Made by a program: the position numbers and the translations under genes. The notes beneath the pieces are model-generated. The model made no database searches. It had not been told where the DNA came from and worked only from the letters and a program-made list of their open reading frames with translations. A DNA stretch of 64,000 bases from the human T2T-CHM13v2.0 reference genome, Homo sapiens. Shown one piece after another: positions 1-14,050 of this stretch. Position 1 is the first letter of the stretch. Every line of letters starts with the position of its first letter. The stretch lies in the NCBI RefSeq assembly GCF_009914755.1, contig NC_060928.1; one strand, written 5' to 3'.

Positions 1-234
1 TAATGTCTCCAGAGTAGATACTATCATTTTACAGGTGAGAAAACTAACTCTCAGGACTCAAGGACAGAAACCTAATGAATGACAGAGCGAGCTCTGCTCA
101 GTGAACAATAGCTGCCATCCAAAAATATCAGCGGTTTTAGGAATTAGCAGCTCAGTGATCTTTGCTTCAAAAAAGCAAAAAGACCACATTCACACTTTAC
201 CACTTCTACATGGAAGTGTGTGTTCTTCAGAAAG

Positions 235-531
235 TTTTTTTTTTTTTTTTTTTTTTTAAGACGGGAGTTTCACTCTTATGCCCAGGCTGGAGTGCAGTGG
301 CGCGATCTTGGCTCACCACAACCTCTGTGCCTCCCACGTTGAAGCGATTCTCCTGCCTCAGCCTCCTGAGCAGCTGGTATTACAGGCATGTGCCACCACA
401 CCCGGCTAATTTTTGTACTTTTAGTAGAGACTGGGTTTCTCCATGTTGGTCAGGCTGGTCTCGAACTCCCGACTTCAGGTGATCCGCCCGCCTCGGCCTC
501 CCAAACTGGGATTACAGCCACCATGCCTGGC
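235..531 (-). mobile_element. Alu SINE (AluS-like)
   Basis: Poly-T followed by reverse-complement Alu body; flanking direct repeat tcagaaagt on both sides (TSD). Confidence 0.95.
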
Positions 532-902
532 TCAGAAAGTATTTTTTATAGAACTAATCCAAATGGTCCAATTTCTATGGAGCAAATTTTCTTTGTAATG
601 CCTAAAACACAGTATAACCCACCATTAAAAGAGGTTTTTTACATACACCTTTGGTTTTCCAGCTAAGGAATGTCAATCTGCTCCCCAGAATGAGGACTCA
701 GAAGTTACAAGACAAACTAAATAATACTGAACACCGACATGACGAACCTCCTAAAATAAAGCAAGCACCTCCAACGAGGGGTCTGATCACTCTCGACTTC
801 CTTCCTCCCACCTCTGCCTACTCCCTCCCCAACCCCATGGTCTGTAAAACAGCTCTTCTCAAGTCACTTGATGACATCCCTGTTGCCAAGTCCAGCTATC
901 AA

Positions 903-1245
903 GGCTCAGTCCTCACTCCCCCCACACCCAGGGCTCAGTCCTCACTCCCCACACACCCAGGGCTCAGTCCTCACTCCCCCCACACCCAGGGCTCAGTCCT
1001 CACTCCCCACACACCCAGGGCTCAGTCCTCACTCCCCCCACACCCAGGGCTCAGTCCTCACTCCCCACACACCCAGGGCTCAGTCCTCATTCCCCCCACA
1101 CCCAGGGCTCAGTCCTCACTTCCCCACACCCAATGCTCAGTCCTCATTCCCCCCCACACCCAGGGCTCAGTCCTCACTCCCCCCACACCCAGGGCTCAGT
1201 CCTCACTTCCCCCACACCCAATGCTCAGTCCCCATTCCCCACCCC
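903..1245. repeat. Minisatellite, ~29-bp unit CCCAGGGCTCAGTCCTCACTCCCCCCACA, ~12 copies
   Basis: Directly visible tandem array; explains the repetitive ORFs 651..1289 and 868..1272. Confidence 0.95.
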
Positions 1246-1888
1246 AGCCCCCAACCGCCCGGCAGCACATGATGCCTGGCAGCATGTGACACGGTGTGAC
1301 ACGGTGTATCTATGGCCCATTCCTCTGGAAACAGTTCCTTTGGTTTTGTCACCTACGTGGCTGGTCTCTGCTGGCTCCCCTTCTCTTCCCAACCTCTGAA
1401 GATGTTTGGTCTAGAGACTCTTTTCTTCTCCTAATTCTATCCACTCCCAAGGTGATTTCCTCCAATCCCATGATGTTTATCTTCAGTTTGGCCCTCTACC
1501 CTCAACTCCAAACCATTTCCAACTGCCTTCTTTGGGTAGGCTGAGCTCAATCTCATCTTACAGAGGGTCAAAGAGGTGATGAAAAATAATGAAAACACAC
1601 CTTCAAGGAAGCTGTTGATGATGAATTTTGAAAAACAGGACATCAGAGTAAATTCAGTTATGCAAACTGAGGACCTGCTGTTTACGAACAAACGGTAGGA
1701 AAACATGTAAGAACTGTAGGCTCAATTCCATATAAATGAGCTGAACACACAACTACAGCTACAGCCTCTTGCTAGCCCTGTGTGCATTCAGATGCTTCTT
1801 CTCCTTGATCACAGAATCCGCTAATCCTATCTTGGGAACTACTCATCTTCTTTGGAGTCTCTTGCATTCTGCTTTTTCTCCCCAGCGC

Positions 1889-2216
1889 TTGTTTTTTTTG
1901 TTTGTTTGTTTTTGTGGTTTTTTTGACATGGAGTCTCACTCTGTCACCCAGGCTGGAGGGCAATGGCGTGATCTTGGCTCAATGCACCTCAGCCTCCCAG
2001 GTTCAAGCAATTCTCCTGCCTCAGCCTCCAGAGCAGCTGGGAACACCAGCGTGCACTGCCACATCTGACTAGTTTTTGTATTTTTAGTAGAGATGGGGCT
2101 TCACCATGTTGGCCAGGCTGGTCTCGAACTCCTGACCTCAGGTGATCCGCCTGCCTCGGCCTCCCAAAGTGCTGGAATAAGTGCTGGAATTACAGGCATG
2201 AGCCACCGCACCCAGG
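1889..2216 (-). mobile_element. Alu SINE
   Basis: Reverse Alu body with T-rich tail; small internal duplication aagtgctggaat x2. Confidence 0.95.
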
Positions 2217-2510
2217 CAACACTTCGTGGCATCTCTTTTTGGACCTCAAATTTAGCATGCCCAAAACGCACTTTTGATTCCCCCTGCTATAACCCACTCC
2301 TCCCATAGTCTTCCCCATCCCAATAACAGCATCTCTAGTCTTCTAGTTACTCAGGCCAAAATCCTTGACATCATCCTTAATCATCCAAACCACTTAAACT
2401 CTCCTTTCAAAGTATGTGCCAGACCTAACCACTCCTCACCTTCCTCATCCTTCCCAACCAGGTCCAGCCTTCATCATAGTGCTCTGGGTTACTGGAAAAG
2501 CCTCCCAATC

Positions 2511-2807
<297 letters not shown>

Positions 2808-2879
2808 GCCTCCCAACCCACCTCTCTCCTTCCGCCTTTCACCCTACCCTGCATTCTACCTTCCACTCTCAAACATTTC

Positions 2880-3050
2880 AGGAAAAAAAAATTATATCCA
2901 CAGAAAGAGAAAGTGCAAATGGGGTGAAATGTTTGGGCAATCTGAGGGAAGAGCATACGGGAATTCTCTGTACTATTTTTGCAACTTCTCCATAAGTCTG
3001 GATTATTTCAAATTCAAGAGTTAAACAAAGAAAAAGAAGAAAAAAAAAAA
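2880..3050 (+). mobile_element. Old L1 (L1M) 3' end fragment
   Basis: atacgggaattctctgtactatttttgcaacttctcc followed by an A-rich tail, typical of L1M 3' UTRs. Confidence 0.6.
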
Positions 3051-3187
3051 AAAACACTCTCTCCCTTTGTGAACCCATCCTGTCTTTCCCCTGGCAACTT
3101 AAGGACGCTCTCAACTAAGCACATCTATTTTTTCACGAACACTAAAAGAACCCTTGCCTAGTTTTGTCTTTCTGTGCTGGGCAGTAG

Positions 3188-3189
<2 letters not shown>

Positions 3190-3222
<33 letters not shown>

Positions 3223-3432
3223 TATTTCATATATATGTATGTGTATATATATGTGTGTGTGGTGTGTGTATATACAGAGAGGGAGAAATATATATGTGTG
3301 TATATATAAAAACATATAAATGTATATATAATGTGTATATATACACATTTGTGTATATACAATGGTATTGTATATACACAAATGTATATATATAAATATA
3401 TGTGTGTGTATATATATATATAAGTAATACAT
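3190..3432. repeat. (TG)n plus degenerate (TA/TG)n microsatellite tract
   Basis: Directly visible; source of the spurious Y/I/H-rich ORFs. Confidence 0.95.
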
Positions 3433-4237
3433 ACCCCACAGCCTGTCCTTAACGAGTTCTAAACTTAGTGGGAAAAATACATACCTAAGCAGAGAATTTC
3501 AAAATAATATGATGAATATTTTAATAGACAGATGCATTGGTATGGAACATGCTGCTAAGACACATAACCTCCTAGATAGGGCAATGAATGAACTAAGTTT
3601 TGCACCTATAGGCACCCCCACTGATATCCTCACAAACTTTTACAGTTATACGCATTTGCTTCCCCCAGGACCCCCGTTTCATAAGGGTTAGTCCTGGAGC
3701 CTAGCAAGTTCCTACTACAGCTGTCACACATATGCCATTCAAGAAACAGTGGCTGGGTGAATGACGAGTTAAGAACCGTTTGTCAGTCAGTGCTCAATAA
3801 TACAACATGCACTGGTATGCAAATTATATTTTTGTTGAAAACAAGGGCAGGATCACAAATTATCTTCCCTCGAGAAAGGCAGACCTCAAAAACTTCTTTA
3901 CCCTACTAAAGCACATTATAAGAAGCTCCGCTTATATAAAAGAAAACCTCCTCATTCATTATCAATGGCATGTAAACCTAATAAGCCTCCACCTCTGATA
4001 ACATCTCTTCCATCCCCAGGGCTAGATAAAGGAGATTCTGAAAACCCTGTTAATTGTGAAGGTGGCTCCCAGCTCTGACAGTCTTGAACCCTACAGGAGC
4101 CGAGGTTAGATAGCAGAAGAATAACAAAGGGAAGCATCAGCAGGCTTCGAATATGTTTGAACCAGAGATGGCAAATAGGCTTCAACCAACTGAAAACACC
4201 AAAGATTCATACTGGCCACCTGAGGGGTTGTGCTCTT

Positions 4238-4239
<2 letters not shown>

Positions 4240-4268
<29 letters not shown>

Positions 4269-4272
4269 AAAA
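4240..4272. repeat. (AAAT)n microsatellite
   Basis: Directly visible. Confidence 0.9.
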
Positions 4273-5787
4273 AAGGAAGGGGTCAAGAATCCATCAGGTC
4301 TGAATGAGAAGTGTATCAGTGACTAACACCTCATATGGCAAAAGTACTCAGGTGCGTTTTGGTTACTCACAGCTTCAACAGCATTCAAAGGCATGTGCTT
4401 CCCTAAGACTAAGCCATGGCAAATACCCCCAGCAACTCTGCAAGGAGAACATCCAACATGTATTTGGCTAGAAATACAGTTGTCTTTAACAAATTAACAC
4501 CAAATAAATCCTGACTTATTAGAGCCTGCAAGAATGCCATTCTCAATGATAACAGTTATCACTAAAATCTCCAAAAATCTGCGATCCTGCAAGAAGGAAC
4601 TGTGACAGAGGAGGCCACACATCCAGAATGCTTCCAAGACTGCCTGTTACAGAATAAAAGAACTGAAACCCCCCCAAGAATGTCTTTGCTCACATTTAGC
4701 CAATTGTTCCTTTGTGCGCATCTCTGTGCTAAAATGGCCATTCTTCCCCACAGCCTGAAGTTGTATGCTAAAATAAATGAGACTCAAATGAAGCCAGAAA
4801 CGTGCAGATGTGAGGAAACCAACACAAACTAAGTCGGCTGGACAGTGTGGCCAGGAGGATGGTGCTTCCCAGGAAGCAATTACTTCATCTCTGCCCATGA
4901 AGCAGGCAGCTGTCATTGTCCCCCAGGCCCACGCCAGCGACTCCAAGTAGGTTATAACCAAACTACCTCTAACAATCAACTTAAATACACCACACAATTG
5001 GCTTCTGAAAGGGTACCTTGTAACCAACAAGAAACTATAAGCACAACTTTGAAAAACTGTACAACTAAAAACCTTGGAAACGGATAAACACTGCAACATT
5101 TTGACTCAAATACTGTTACGTGGTAGCATTGCAATAATTCACTGAAACAAAAGAATGAGTGAGGAATACGTTTATATAGGAATCAGAGGAAGCACGACTA
5201 ATCATTTAAAGAAATAGGTCAAGAAACTGCTAGGTTCAAATGCTACCCTGAGACACCGTCAGGGCCTCAGGCAAATTCACTTCTCTTGGTCCTGTTTCTA
5301 TGTTCATCAAAAAACAGCTTTGGGCTAGGGAATCTGTTGCTTTCCAATGCCTTCCTTCTGCGATTCCAGCGCAGATTTTAGGACTGCTCTCCCACTTGGT
5401 ATATGAAAGCACTTTCTATGTATAACAGCAAGAGTACATTTCTGTGTTGAATGCAGTTTGGGACCTACCCTATGAGGAAGAATATAATCATGTAACTTTA
5501 AGCATGACCACAAGGCATACTCTAAATAAGGATAACACATAAGATGTGGCCATATGCCTGTGCGTGCCTAGCAGGGAGATGGGGAAGTCTCATTTAATGA
5601 AGCCAAGGGTGCCTATTGCACCTTAACATCCTCACTCCACATCAAGTTCACAACGTCCTTCTGACATCAAATCACAGGTATCACATACTTTTCCATACTT
5701 TCCACCGAAGATTAAAATATGCAGAGCACCATGATAAAGACGCCTCCATCACCAGCATGTTGGCTCTCACTGTGCGGAATTACATAC

Positions 5788-5999
5788 TTCCGGTGCTAAA
5801 TGATCACCAGGCTGCAGCGGCAAGCAAGACCGGTCTCCGTGGGGACAGCAGCCCCTGCAGCAGCCCCACTCCTGTCGCCACAGTCTGATGCAGCTGCAGA
5901 GAAGCTGTGGCTGAGGCCATTCACTTTGTGAGAGAACCGCACAGGAGGGAAAAGATAGGGAAGGTAGGGAAGAGGGCAGGTGCAGAGCCAGGGAAGGAC
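5788..5999 (-). other. Candidate alternative non-coding exon of the minus-strand gene
   Basis: Acceptor cattcctttccgttctcatcacag|G and donor GAA|gtatgt; 212 nt, GC-rich, non-repetitive. No transcript evidence available. Confidence 0.35.
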
Positions 6000-7746
6000 C
6001 TGTGATGAGAACGGAAAGGAATGCGCCTCCCTGTACACACACTCGGATTTTATGAAGATGTGGACAGGGGGCTGAACTGGATGCATGAGAACATTCCTCC
6101 AAGTTCCTTTGCTGTTTTTCTAAATATTGATGTAAAATCTGAACTCAGACACAATTTTTTAAAATCACTTCAATCAGCATCTTTGTCTGGTGTTCAGCAT
6201 CATATCTACGTGATCATCTAGAAAACCAACTTCTGTTCTAAGGCTCACATCTTCCTATAAAGTCCCAGAGATTTTATAGTGGAATGCACCCCTCATTTGC
6301 ATCAACAACACACACAACTACCATTAAAGAAATGCTTAATTTGCTTATATAATTTTTTAAACACCCATATTTGAAACACAATAGAGAAGACAACTTTTGA
6401 TAGCTCTGCTTTCGAACTGCGGGTGGAGCAAATAACCTGCCATGATTTCTAACCAGTCAACAACCCGTCTTCTCTGACTGCAATAGGAGCAATCTTTCTG
6501 AGCTCAGGATGAAAAAGAACCCAGCTGGTTAGGGGACAGATAATAATCAGTTCTCAGCGGGCTTCCCGGGTCCCAAATCCCCATGTGATGCGTGGAAGTA
6601 AAAAGCTATCAATGACCAAGCATCTGAACGCTTATCCCACCTCGCCATCTGCTTCTCCTGCCATGCAAATTTAAAATTAATAAGCCTGCTATTAGAGAAC
6701 AGAGTTGGTGCTGCATCTGTCTTCCTAAAATTATGGGTAATTATCAGCCCACAATGGCTGCTAATCAGATTTGAGTGGTCCCTTAGACAGGAAGCTAAAG
6801 TGCCTCAGCCCTAGACTGAGAAGAAAACAGAAACTGGAATGCTCTAGGTTTGATTTTTTTCCCCTTGTTCTAAAGTTGCTGTTTCCGAATCTCCTTCTAT
6901 TGTCGTGTTTATAAAATGTATGAGAAACAGGGACATTTAAAGACATCATAGAAATGGCCACTCTTTCTAGGTACAAACCTTGTGAACATAATTTTCATCT
7001 GCTGGGCTTTTTCTCCACAAACTGTGACCCTGGAGTACATATTCTCCATTGCGGTTACACATTCAGAGTCGGGGAAGATGGCTTTAGCAGTAAGGCAGGG
7101 AGTGCAGTGAGAAGTGACCAGGCACTGGGAGGGGCAGACAGGGACTCTACCGCAGTGGCCTGGAGCGCTCCTGGGCCTCAGCCTTTACTTTTCTATCTGT
7201 ACAAGGGATCTAAAGGCCCCTGATTCTAGGCCACAACAGCTCTTCATACACACATACACAAACATTACACACCTATGTGAAAAGCTATGATACTTGGCTG
7301 ATTTCCTGAAGAGGTTATCTTGTATCATTTCTACTCAAGTACTCCACCTCCTTCCCGGCAAGTATCTGCGCCACCTCCCTCCAGGCAAGTATCTGAGGAT
7401 GATGGGCTATCCCACAACAATGTGTGTAATCTCTCCTGCTTATGATCCCTATTCACAGAGCATTTTCCAAAAGCATCTGTCATGAAGTGACAGAAGAAAG
7501 AAGAATAAGGTTCTTTCAGCCAATTGATTCATTCATTCATTCAACAAATATTGACTAACTATCTAGGTGCCAGGCACTGGTCATATAACAGGGAACATAT
7601 ATTTTTGTAGGTAGAGACAGACAAGCAAAAAGTATGTTAAAGAGCAATCAATGCTGTAGAAGAAAATACACCAGGAAACTGGAAAGAAGAATACCCCTAG
7701 CCACCCTACACTGGGGTGACGCTAGCGTTACAAAGTGGAAACAGCG

Positions 7747-8055
7747 ACCAGGCGCGGTGGCTCACACCTGTAATCTCAGCACTTTGGGAGGCTTAGGCAT
7801 GCAGATCACCTGAGTTCAGGAGTTCAAGATCAGCCGACCAACACGGGGAAACCCCGTCTCTACTAAAAATACAAAAATTAGCTGGGCATGGTGGTGCACA
7901 CCTGTAATCCCAGTTACTCAGGAAGCTGAGGCACAAGAATCACTTGAACCTGGGAGGTAGAGGTTGCAGTGAGCCGAGAAAGTGCCACTGCACTCCAGCC
8001 TGGGTGACACAGCAAGACTGTGTCTCAAAAAAATAAAAAATAAAAATAAAATATA
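7747..8055 (+). mobile_element. Alu SINE
   Basis: Full dimer with A-rich tail. Confidence 0.95.
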
Positions 8056-8149
8056 AGCAGAGAATAAGATACCAAAAGAAAGAACATGAAAGATTAATTG
8101 TAACAAAAGCCTTTGTAAGCTGATACTTTCCTTCCTGGATCCTTGTCCC

Positions 8150-8720
8150 TCACAAATGGAAAAAAAGGAGGCGGGCGGGCAGCATCAAAATGATGGTGAT
8201 GTTTTAAGATGGCTTCGGGTTTCAGATGTCTGACAGCCATACTCATGTACTTCAAGGAAAAAGCTCTGTAAGCCATCTGGGCAATGGTTTAATGTCTTTT
8301 TTTTTTTTTTCCAGAGAGTTTTTAAAATACAGGAAAATGTGTGTGTTTATTTGGCTGTTCTGTGCCTGCACACGTGCAAACTGTGCTAACAGATTTTTCC
8401 ATGTTTTGCTGAATTTGCCAGCTTGCCATAAACAGGCTTCCATGTCTTTTCTTAATTGTCTATAAATAGCACAAACACCCAAAAATGCAAATCAAGACAA
8501 GCTGTCCCTTCAACTGCTGCTGCCATGATGACAGCGAATGACAATTGGCCAAACCAATACGTGGAGACTGAAGCTGTCCAGCAGAGTGCACGGGGCCGAC
8601 TGCTTTTCCCATAGCGTTTAAAGAAACAAGCGGAAACGGCTCTCCACACATGACAGACAGGTCCTTTGTTCTTTGAATTAATACTGCCAATGCCCAAAAT
8701 ACTTTCTCCATCACACTATC
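8150..8720. promoter_or_regulatory. Candidate intronic enhancer
   Basis: Repeat-free block with MEF2 CTATAAATAG (8460-8469), CACGTG (8371-8376), CAGATG/CATCTG, forkhead TGTTTATTT and YY1-like AAGATGGC motifs. Confidence 0.4.
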
Positions 8721-8821
8721 TATATGGAATTCAAGTTCCTTCCAATACCATGAGTAACGCCAGTGATAGACTATGTTTAGCCATAATGACCCATTAGCAT
8801 TCTTTTTCCTCTAAAATGTTG

Positions 8822-8990
8822 AAATAATAACATTTAGTGTGCACTCACGAGGTGCCAGGCTCTGAGTTTTATCTCGTCTAGTTCTCGCTGAAATCCTGTA
8901 AGATCAGTACCATATTCTCTCATTTGTCATAGATGAGTTAACTGAGGCATAGAAAGATTAAGTAAGTTGTCCATGGTCACAGGTTATTTA
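8822..8990. mobile_element. MIR SINE
   Basis: Core agatgagttaactgaggcatagaaagattaagtaagttgtccatggtcaca. Confidence 0.8.
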
Positions 8991-8994
8991 GTAA

Positions 8995-9355
<361 letters not shown>

Positions 9356-11086
9356 CTACAAATGTGACTTATACAAAATCAGAGCAGTGAGCAGGGAGAG
9401 AACAGAGACTGCAGCGAGTCTCCTGGCTGTTGCAACACCATATCCCTCCTCCATACCGTAATGTGTCTACACCCACCAAGCTCCTAGAAGTTGAAGGCAT
9501 GCCAGCTCAGAGACTAAACAGAAGGAAAGAAAGAGCAAGATGCATACATGTGTCTTGATTTCAGCTCAAGCTGAAATCAAGCGTGCCTCTCTCCCCTGCA
9601 GCTGCACAGGCAGAAACCAGGGGCCATGATTCTGAGGCAGCGTGTTTGGTTCCTAGCAGGTAATCTTTTGGGAGACCATCCCATAAAATTAGTGTTATAC
9701 TTCTCAAAAAGGAAGTGTGACTTTTATAGAAAAATCTATTCCATTTGGGAGAAAGGTCTAATAAAACCACAAAAGGATAATACATTCATACAACAACAAA
9801 TTAAATTCATCTGTCACAAACTGAAATCCCAAAGCCCTCTGGGCGCACAGCTGCTTTTCTGAGCTGAAATTCAACTCCAGTTGAGAAACAGGTCAACTTT
9901 TCTAAAAAGATTTCTTTTTCACATGCCTTAAATAAAAATTCCTTTCCCTCACTTGTCATTTTCCAGATTTAATGGCTCTGTTGGCCTTTCTCTCATTTAG
10001 GCCATGAGCACTGACTGCATGTCTGCTGCAGCCAGGACTCCAAGGGAAGCACCCTAGGGAACACAGATGACCGCAGCACAGTGACACCCTCCTCAAGAAG
10101 CACACACAGGGAAGGCAAGATGATACAATCACAACCTTCACACAGAAAAGAACTTGGCATCCATACCCCGTCCCATTTCTAGAACAACGATGCTGAGTCA
10201 GTAACATTTACCGAACAGCCTGCAGTGTGGAGGCAGGCATAAGGGGGCTCCATGCCGGGAAGAGCACCTTCCGCAGGGGGACACGCATGCAACGTGGAGG
10301 CAGGAGACACCCCCACGCACAAGGGCCAGCCTGGGGGCCTGCTGAAATGCCCATGCATGTGGGAGGAGGGAGAGAGGACAAGATACCTCAATGCTCCAAA
10401 ATGAATAGAAACCTCCCAAGAACCTCTCTCCAAACAGGGCAGGGATTTACAAAAGACCAAACCCAGCATGCAGAGTTACCTGAGCAAAGCGCCATGAGAG
10501 TGACCTATCGAGAAAGAAACAGGGTTACTAGAAGCCCGAGCCTCTACTCCCAGCTCTGCGACTCATTCACCCTATGACCTCGCTGAAGGCTCTTAGCTTC
10601 TGTGAGCCACAAGAGAATCAGGGGGCAACAGAAGATATGAAAGCTGCCCTGCCTTTTTCACAGAACTGCTGAGGGAATAAAATCAGATAATGGATTTTAA
10701 AATTCTCTGTGAATTACGAAGCAAAAAACAAACGTATGAAATCATTCTTATCATTAATAACAGCACTGCAAAATTAAGAGCAGAGTTAAGACTACAGCAT
10801 TTTCCACCCCCCTATTCCGGAGAAAAATAGTGAGTCCAGCCAATGTATTTGGGCAACCGCAGTATCTAGGCTTCGAGAGCCTCAGACAGCTCATGAACTC
10901 TGACAGTATCACTCCGGCCCAGTGCTCATTAAGTTCTCCAAGACAGCCAACTGACATAAAATACTACAGCTTTTTCAGATGGGCTTGAAGCCCTCCAAAC
11001 TCACAGCACAGCTAAACAACGAAGAGGTTTTCTGCCACTAGACTCAAAAGCTGGCTTTTGTAGATTCCCACAGAAAGAACATTCAA

Positions 11087-11368
<282 letters not shown>

Positions 11369-11929
11369 TCAAATGTCACATGATGATATTAAATTTCCTG
11401 TGCTATGCAACACAGAGAAATGCTACAACGTTGAAATCCTGAAAAACATATTCATAAAAAGCATTTAGCGACTTAAAAGACATTCAATACAACTTGTAAC
11501 AGTGAGTTCCCCTCCTCTTTCCAGCTAATTCCACTAATGCTGTGACCTTAACAATGCTTTTGCTAAAACAGAGGAAAATTTATAGGACCACTTACCCCTC
11601 AGCTGACAGCTAAACCACTGCTTCTCCCTGGGCTCACTAAAGATGACCTTTACCCAAAACTAGGCTGCAACGTCCCTGTAAATGTTGACTAACAATTTCA
11701 AAATTCCCATGTTCTTTGTCCATGCCTAAGGAAGATGAATTGAAACCAGATATCTCAAAGTCAGAACTAACAGAGGCCTTAAACATCAGATGGCCCAACC
11801 CCTTCTTTGACAACCGAGGGATCTAAAGCTGAGATTATGGAAGAAAATAGCCTGTTTAGTAACAAAGTGAAAACCAAAGCCTAGTCACCTAACCTCTGGT
11901 CCAGAACTCCTGCAACAACCCAGCACCCA

Positions 11930-12150
11930 TACAGGACCAGTCTCCCTAACCAGAAACTCCGAAATCTATAACTTTTTGAGCGCTGACGTGACGCCCAATG
12001 AAATCTTCATTGGAGCAGCTCAGATTTTGGATTTTTGAATTCAGGATACTCAACCAGCAAGTATAATACATATTCAAAAATCCAAAAATGTAAAAAAATC
12101 TGAAACACTTCTGGTTCCAAGCAGTTTGGATAAGGGATATTCAATCTGCA
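11930..12150. mobile_element. Tigger4/MER46-like TcMar DNA transposon relic
   Basis: Terminal aaatctgaaacacttctggttccaagcagtttggataagggatattcaatctg matches the MER46 end from memory. Confidence 0.75.
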
Positions 12151-12291
12151 TTGTTTTTTTTCCTCTAATGAAGGAAATTAAAAATGAGGCCTGAGCAAAG
12201 CCATTTAATCCATACTAAAGCCATTCAATAGTTTAATTAGCACCCATTTAAAGTTAAGTGCTACCCACAGATATTTAAAAGCATGAATACA

Positions 12292-12570
12292 TACACGCCT
12301 ATAATCCCAGAACTCTGGAAGGCTGAGGCGGGAGGATCACCTGATGTCAGACGTTCAAGACCAGCCCGGCCAATGCGGTGAAACCCCGTCTCTACTAAAA
12401 ATGCAAAAATTAGCCGGGCGTGGTGGCACACACCTGTTATCCCAGCTACTCAGGAGGCTGAGGCACGAGAATCGCTTGAACCTGGGGGGAGCACGTTGCA
12501 GTAAGCCGAGATCACACCACTGTACTCCAGCCTGGGCGACAGAGCAAGACTCTGTCTCAAAAAAAAAAAA
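12292..12570 (+). mobile_element. Alu SINE, 5'-truncated
   Basis: Starts at cacgcctataatccc; ends in an A tail. Confidence 0.95.
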
Positions 12571-13469
12571 ATTAATTTAAATTGTGTTTTAACATGGAGC
12601 CCAAGTTCCCAGAACACAAGCCCTGCTCTATGCTCCAAGGGCACACAGGGTGCCCCTTTATCTTAATACTCGCCATATTCCATGGCAGCCCTTGGCATCA
12701 CACTAGGCTTCCTGTGCATGAGGCAGGGATCATATATTATCACTTTTCTGTCCCCAATGTCTAGCCTAGAAGACACTCAGTAAATGATTACTGAATTAAG
12801 TCAGTTACTAAGAGATTTTAAACTTGTATTAACAAAATTGATTTAATTGATTTAATAAGTTTACCAATGCAGCTTTGATACCACACAGCTTAAATCTCAA
12901 CTTGTGGATTTATCTTGTGTTCTGCTAGATTATCATCTATTAATATTTAGGAGGCACATACTAGGTGCCTAATTCATCACTAATTGCTGGGGACCTAGCA
13001 GTGGCAAAACAACATTCCTTGTTCAAAGAGAAATTCTAGTATAAAGAGGAATAGAAGGAACAGGCTAGATTGATGAGAGAGCTAAGAAAAGGACAGGCTG
13101 CCATAGGAAGCACCTGTTCTTGTCTGGATGATGCATAGTTAACGAAGTCTGAGTGCTTCGTATAGCATAAGATCATCTCCTCCAAAGAAGCTAATGAAGC
13201 TTTGATGCCCCAGTACCAGAAGTCACCATAAAGGTGCACATAGCCACGTGCTTAGTGTAGGAAGTGAAACCAAACAAAGCTCCAACTTCTAGAGGCAACG
13301 GTCCAATTATAAAATCCTCTGGCTACATTCAATTCAAGGTATTCAAGAGGCCAATATTTAAGTGATAAATTAACCCAATCACTTAAAACTAAAGTAGTCT
13401 TTGGTTCAAGGGGTAAGGGTATACTACCTTTTACAAATTCATTAGCTCTTAATATTTACATTTAAATAT

Positions 13470-13680
13470 GATGATGGTGGTGTCATAATAACTTTACTGA
13501 GCAGTTACTATGTGTTAGGCACCAAACTAAGCACTTTGCACACATATTTGCACAATCCTGTTAGATGATGACCCCTTGTCATCCCATTTCATAGATGAAA
13601 GTCAGGTTTATATAAGCTTAAAAACTTGCCCCAAATTACACAGCTAGTTAGCAAAACCCAGGCAGCCTGACTCCATAGCC
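13470..13680. mobile_element. MIR SINE
   Basis: tttactgagcagttactatgtgttaggcacc ... cttgccccaaattacacagctagt. Confidence 0.8.
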
Positions 13681-14050
13681 CTTGCTTAAAGAAGTATTAT
13701 TTATAAACTGTCCAGCACAGCAGTGGTACAAACAAGAGTTCAATAAATACCTAAAGAGTACTTCATACCCAAAATCGTTTCCTGCCAATCAAACTAGACT
13801 TACTCTGGTTCTGCATAACCAACTGTCAAATTATTGTTTCATGAAGAAAAGGTGGAATGGGTAGAGATCGGAATAGAGTGAATAACCGGCAAATATACTT
13901 CACGGCAGGTAGTAACAGGATGTGGCATTTAGGCAATTTCCACATTTGTTTGCATAACATTTTTTTCATGGTTCCAAAGCGCAAGAGCCATTCTAAGCTA
14001 GTGAAAGCATAAGGCATGTGTATGATTCAGGACTCCAATTCACCGTGGAT

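Noticed and set aside
651-1399. 212-aa and 134-aa Pro/His/Ser-rich ORFs
   Set aside because: They are read-throughs of the 29-bp minisatellite, which lacks stop codons.
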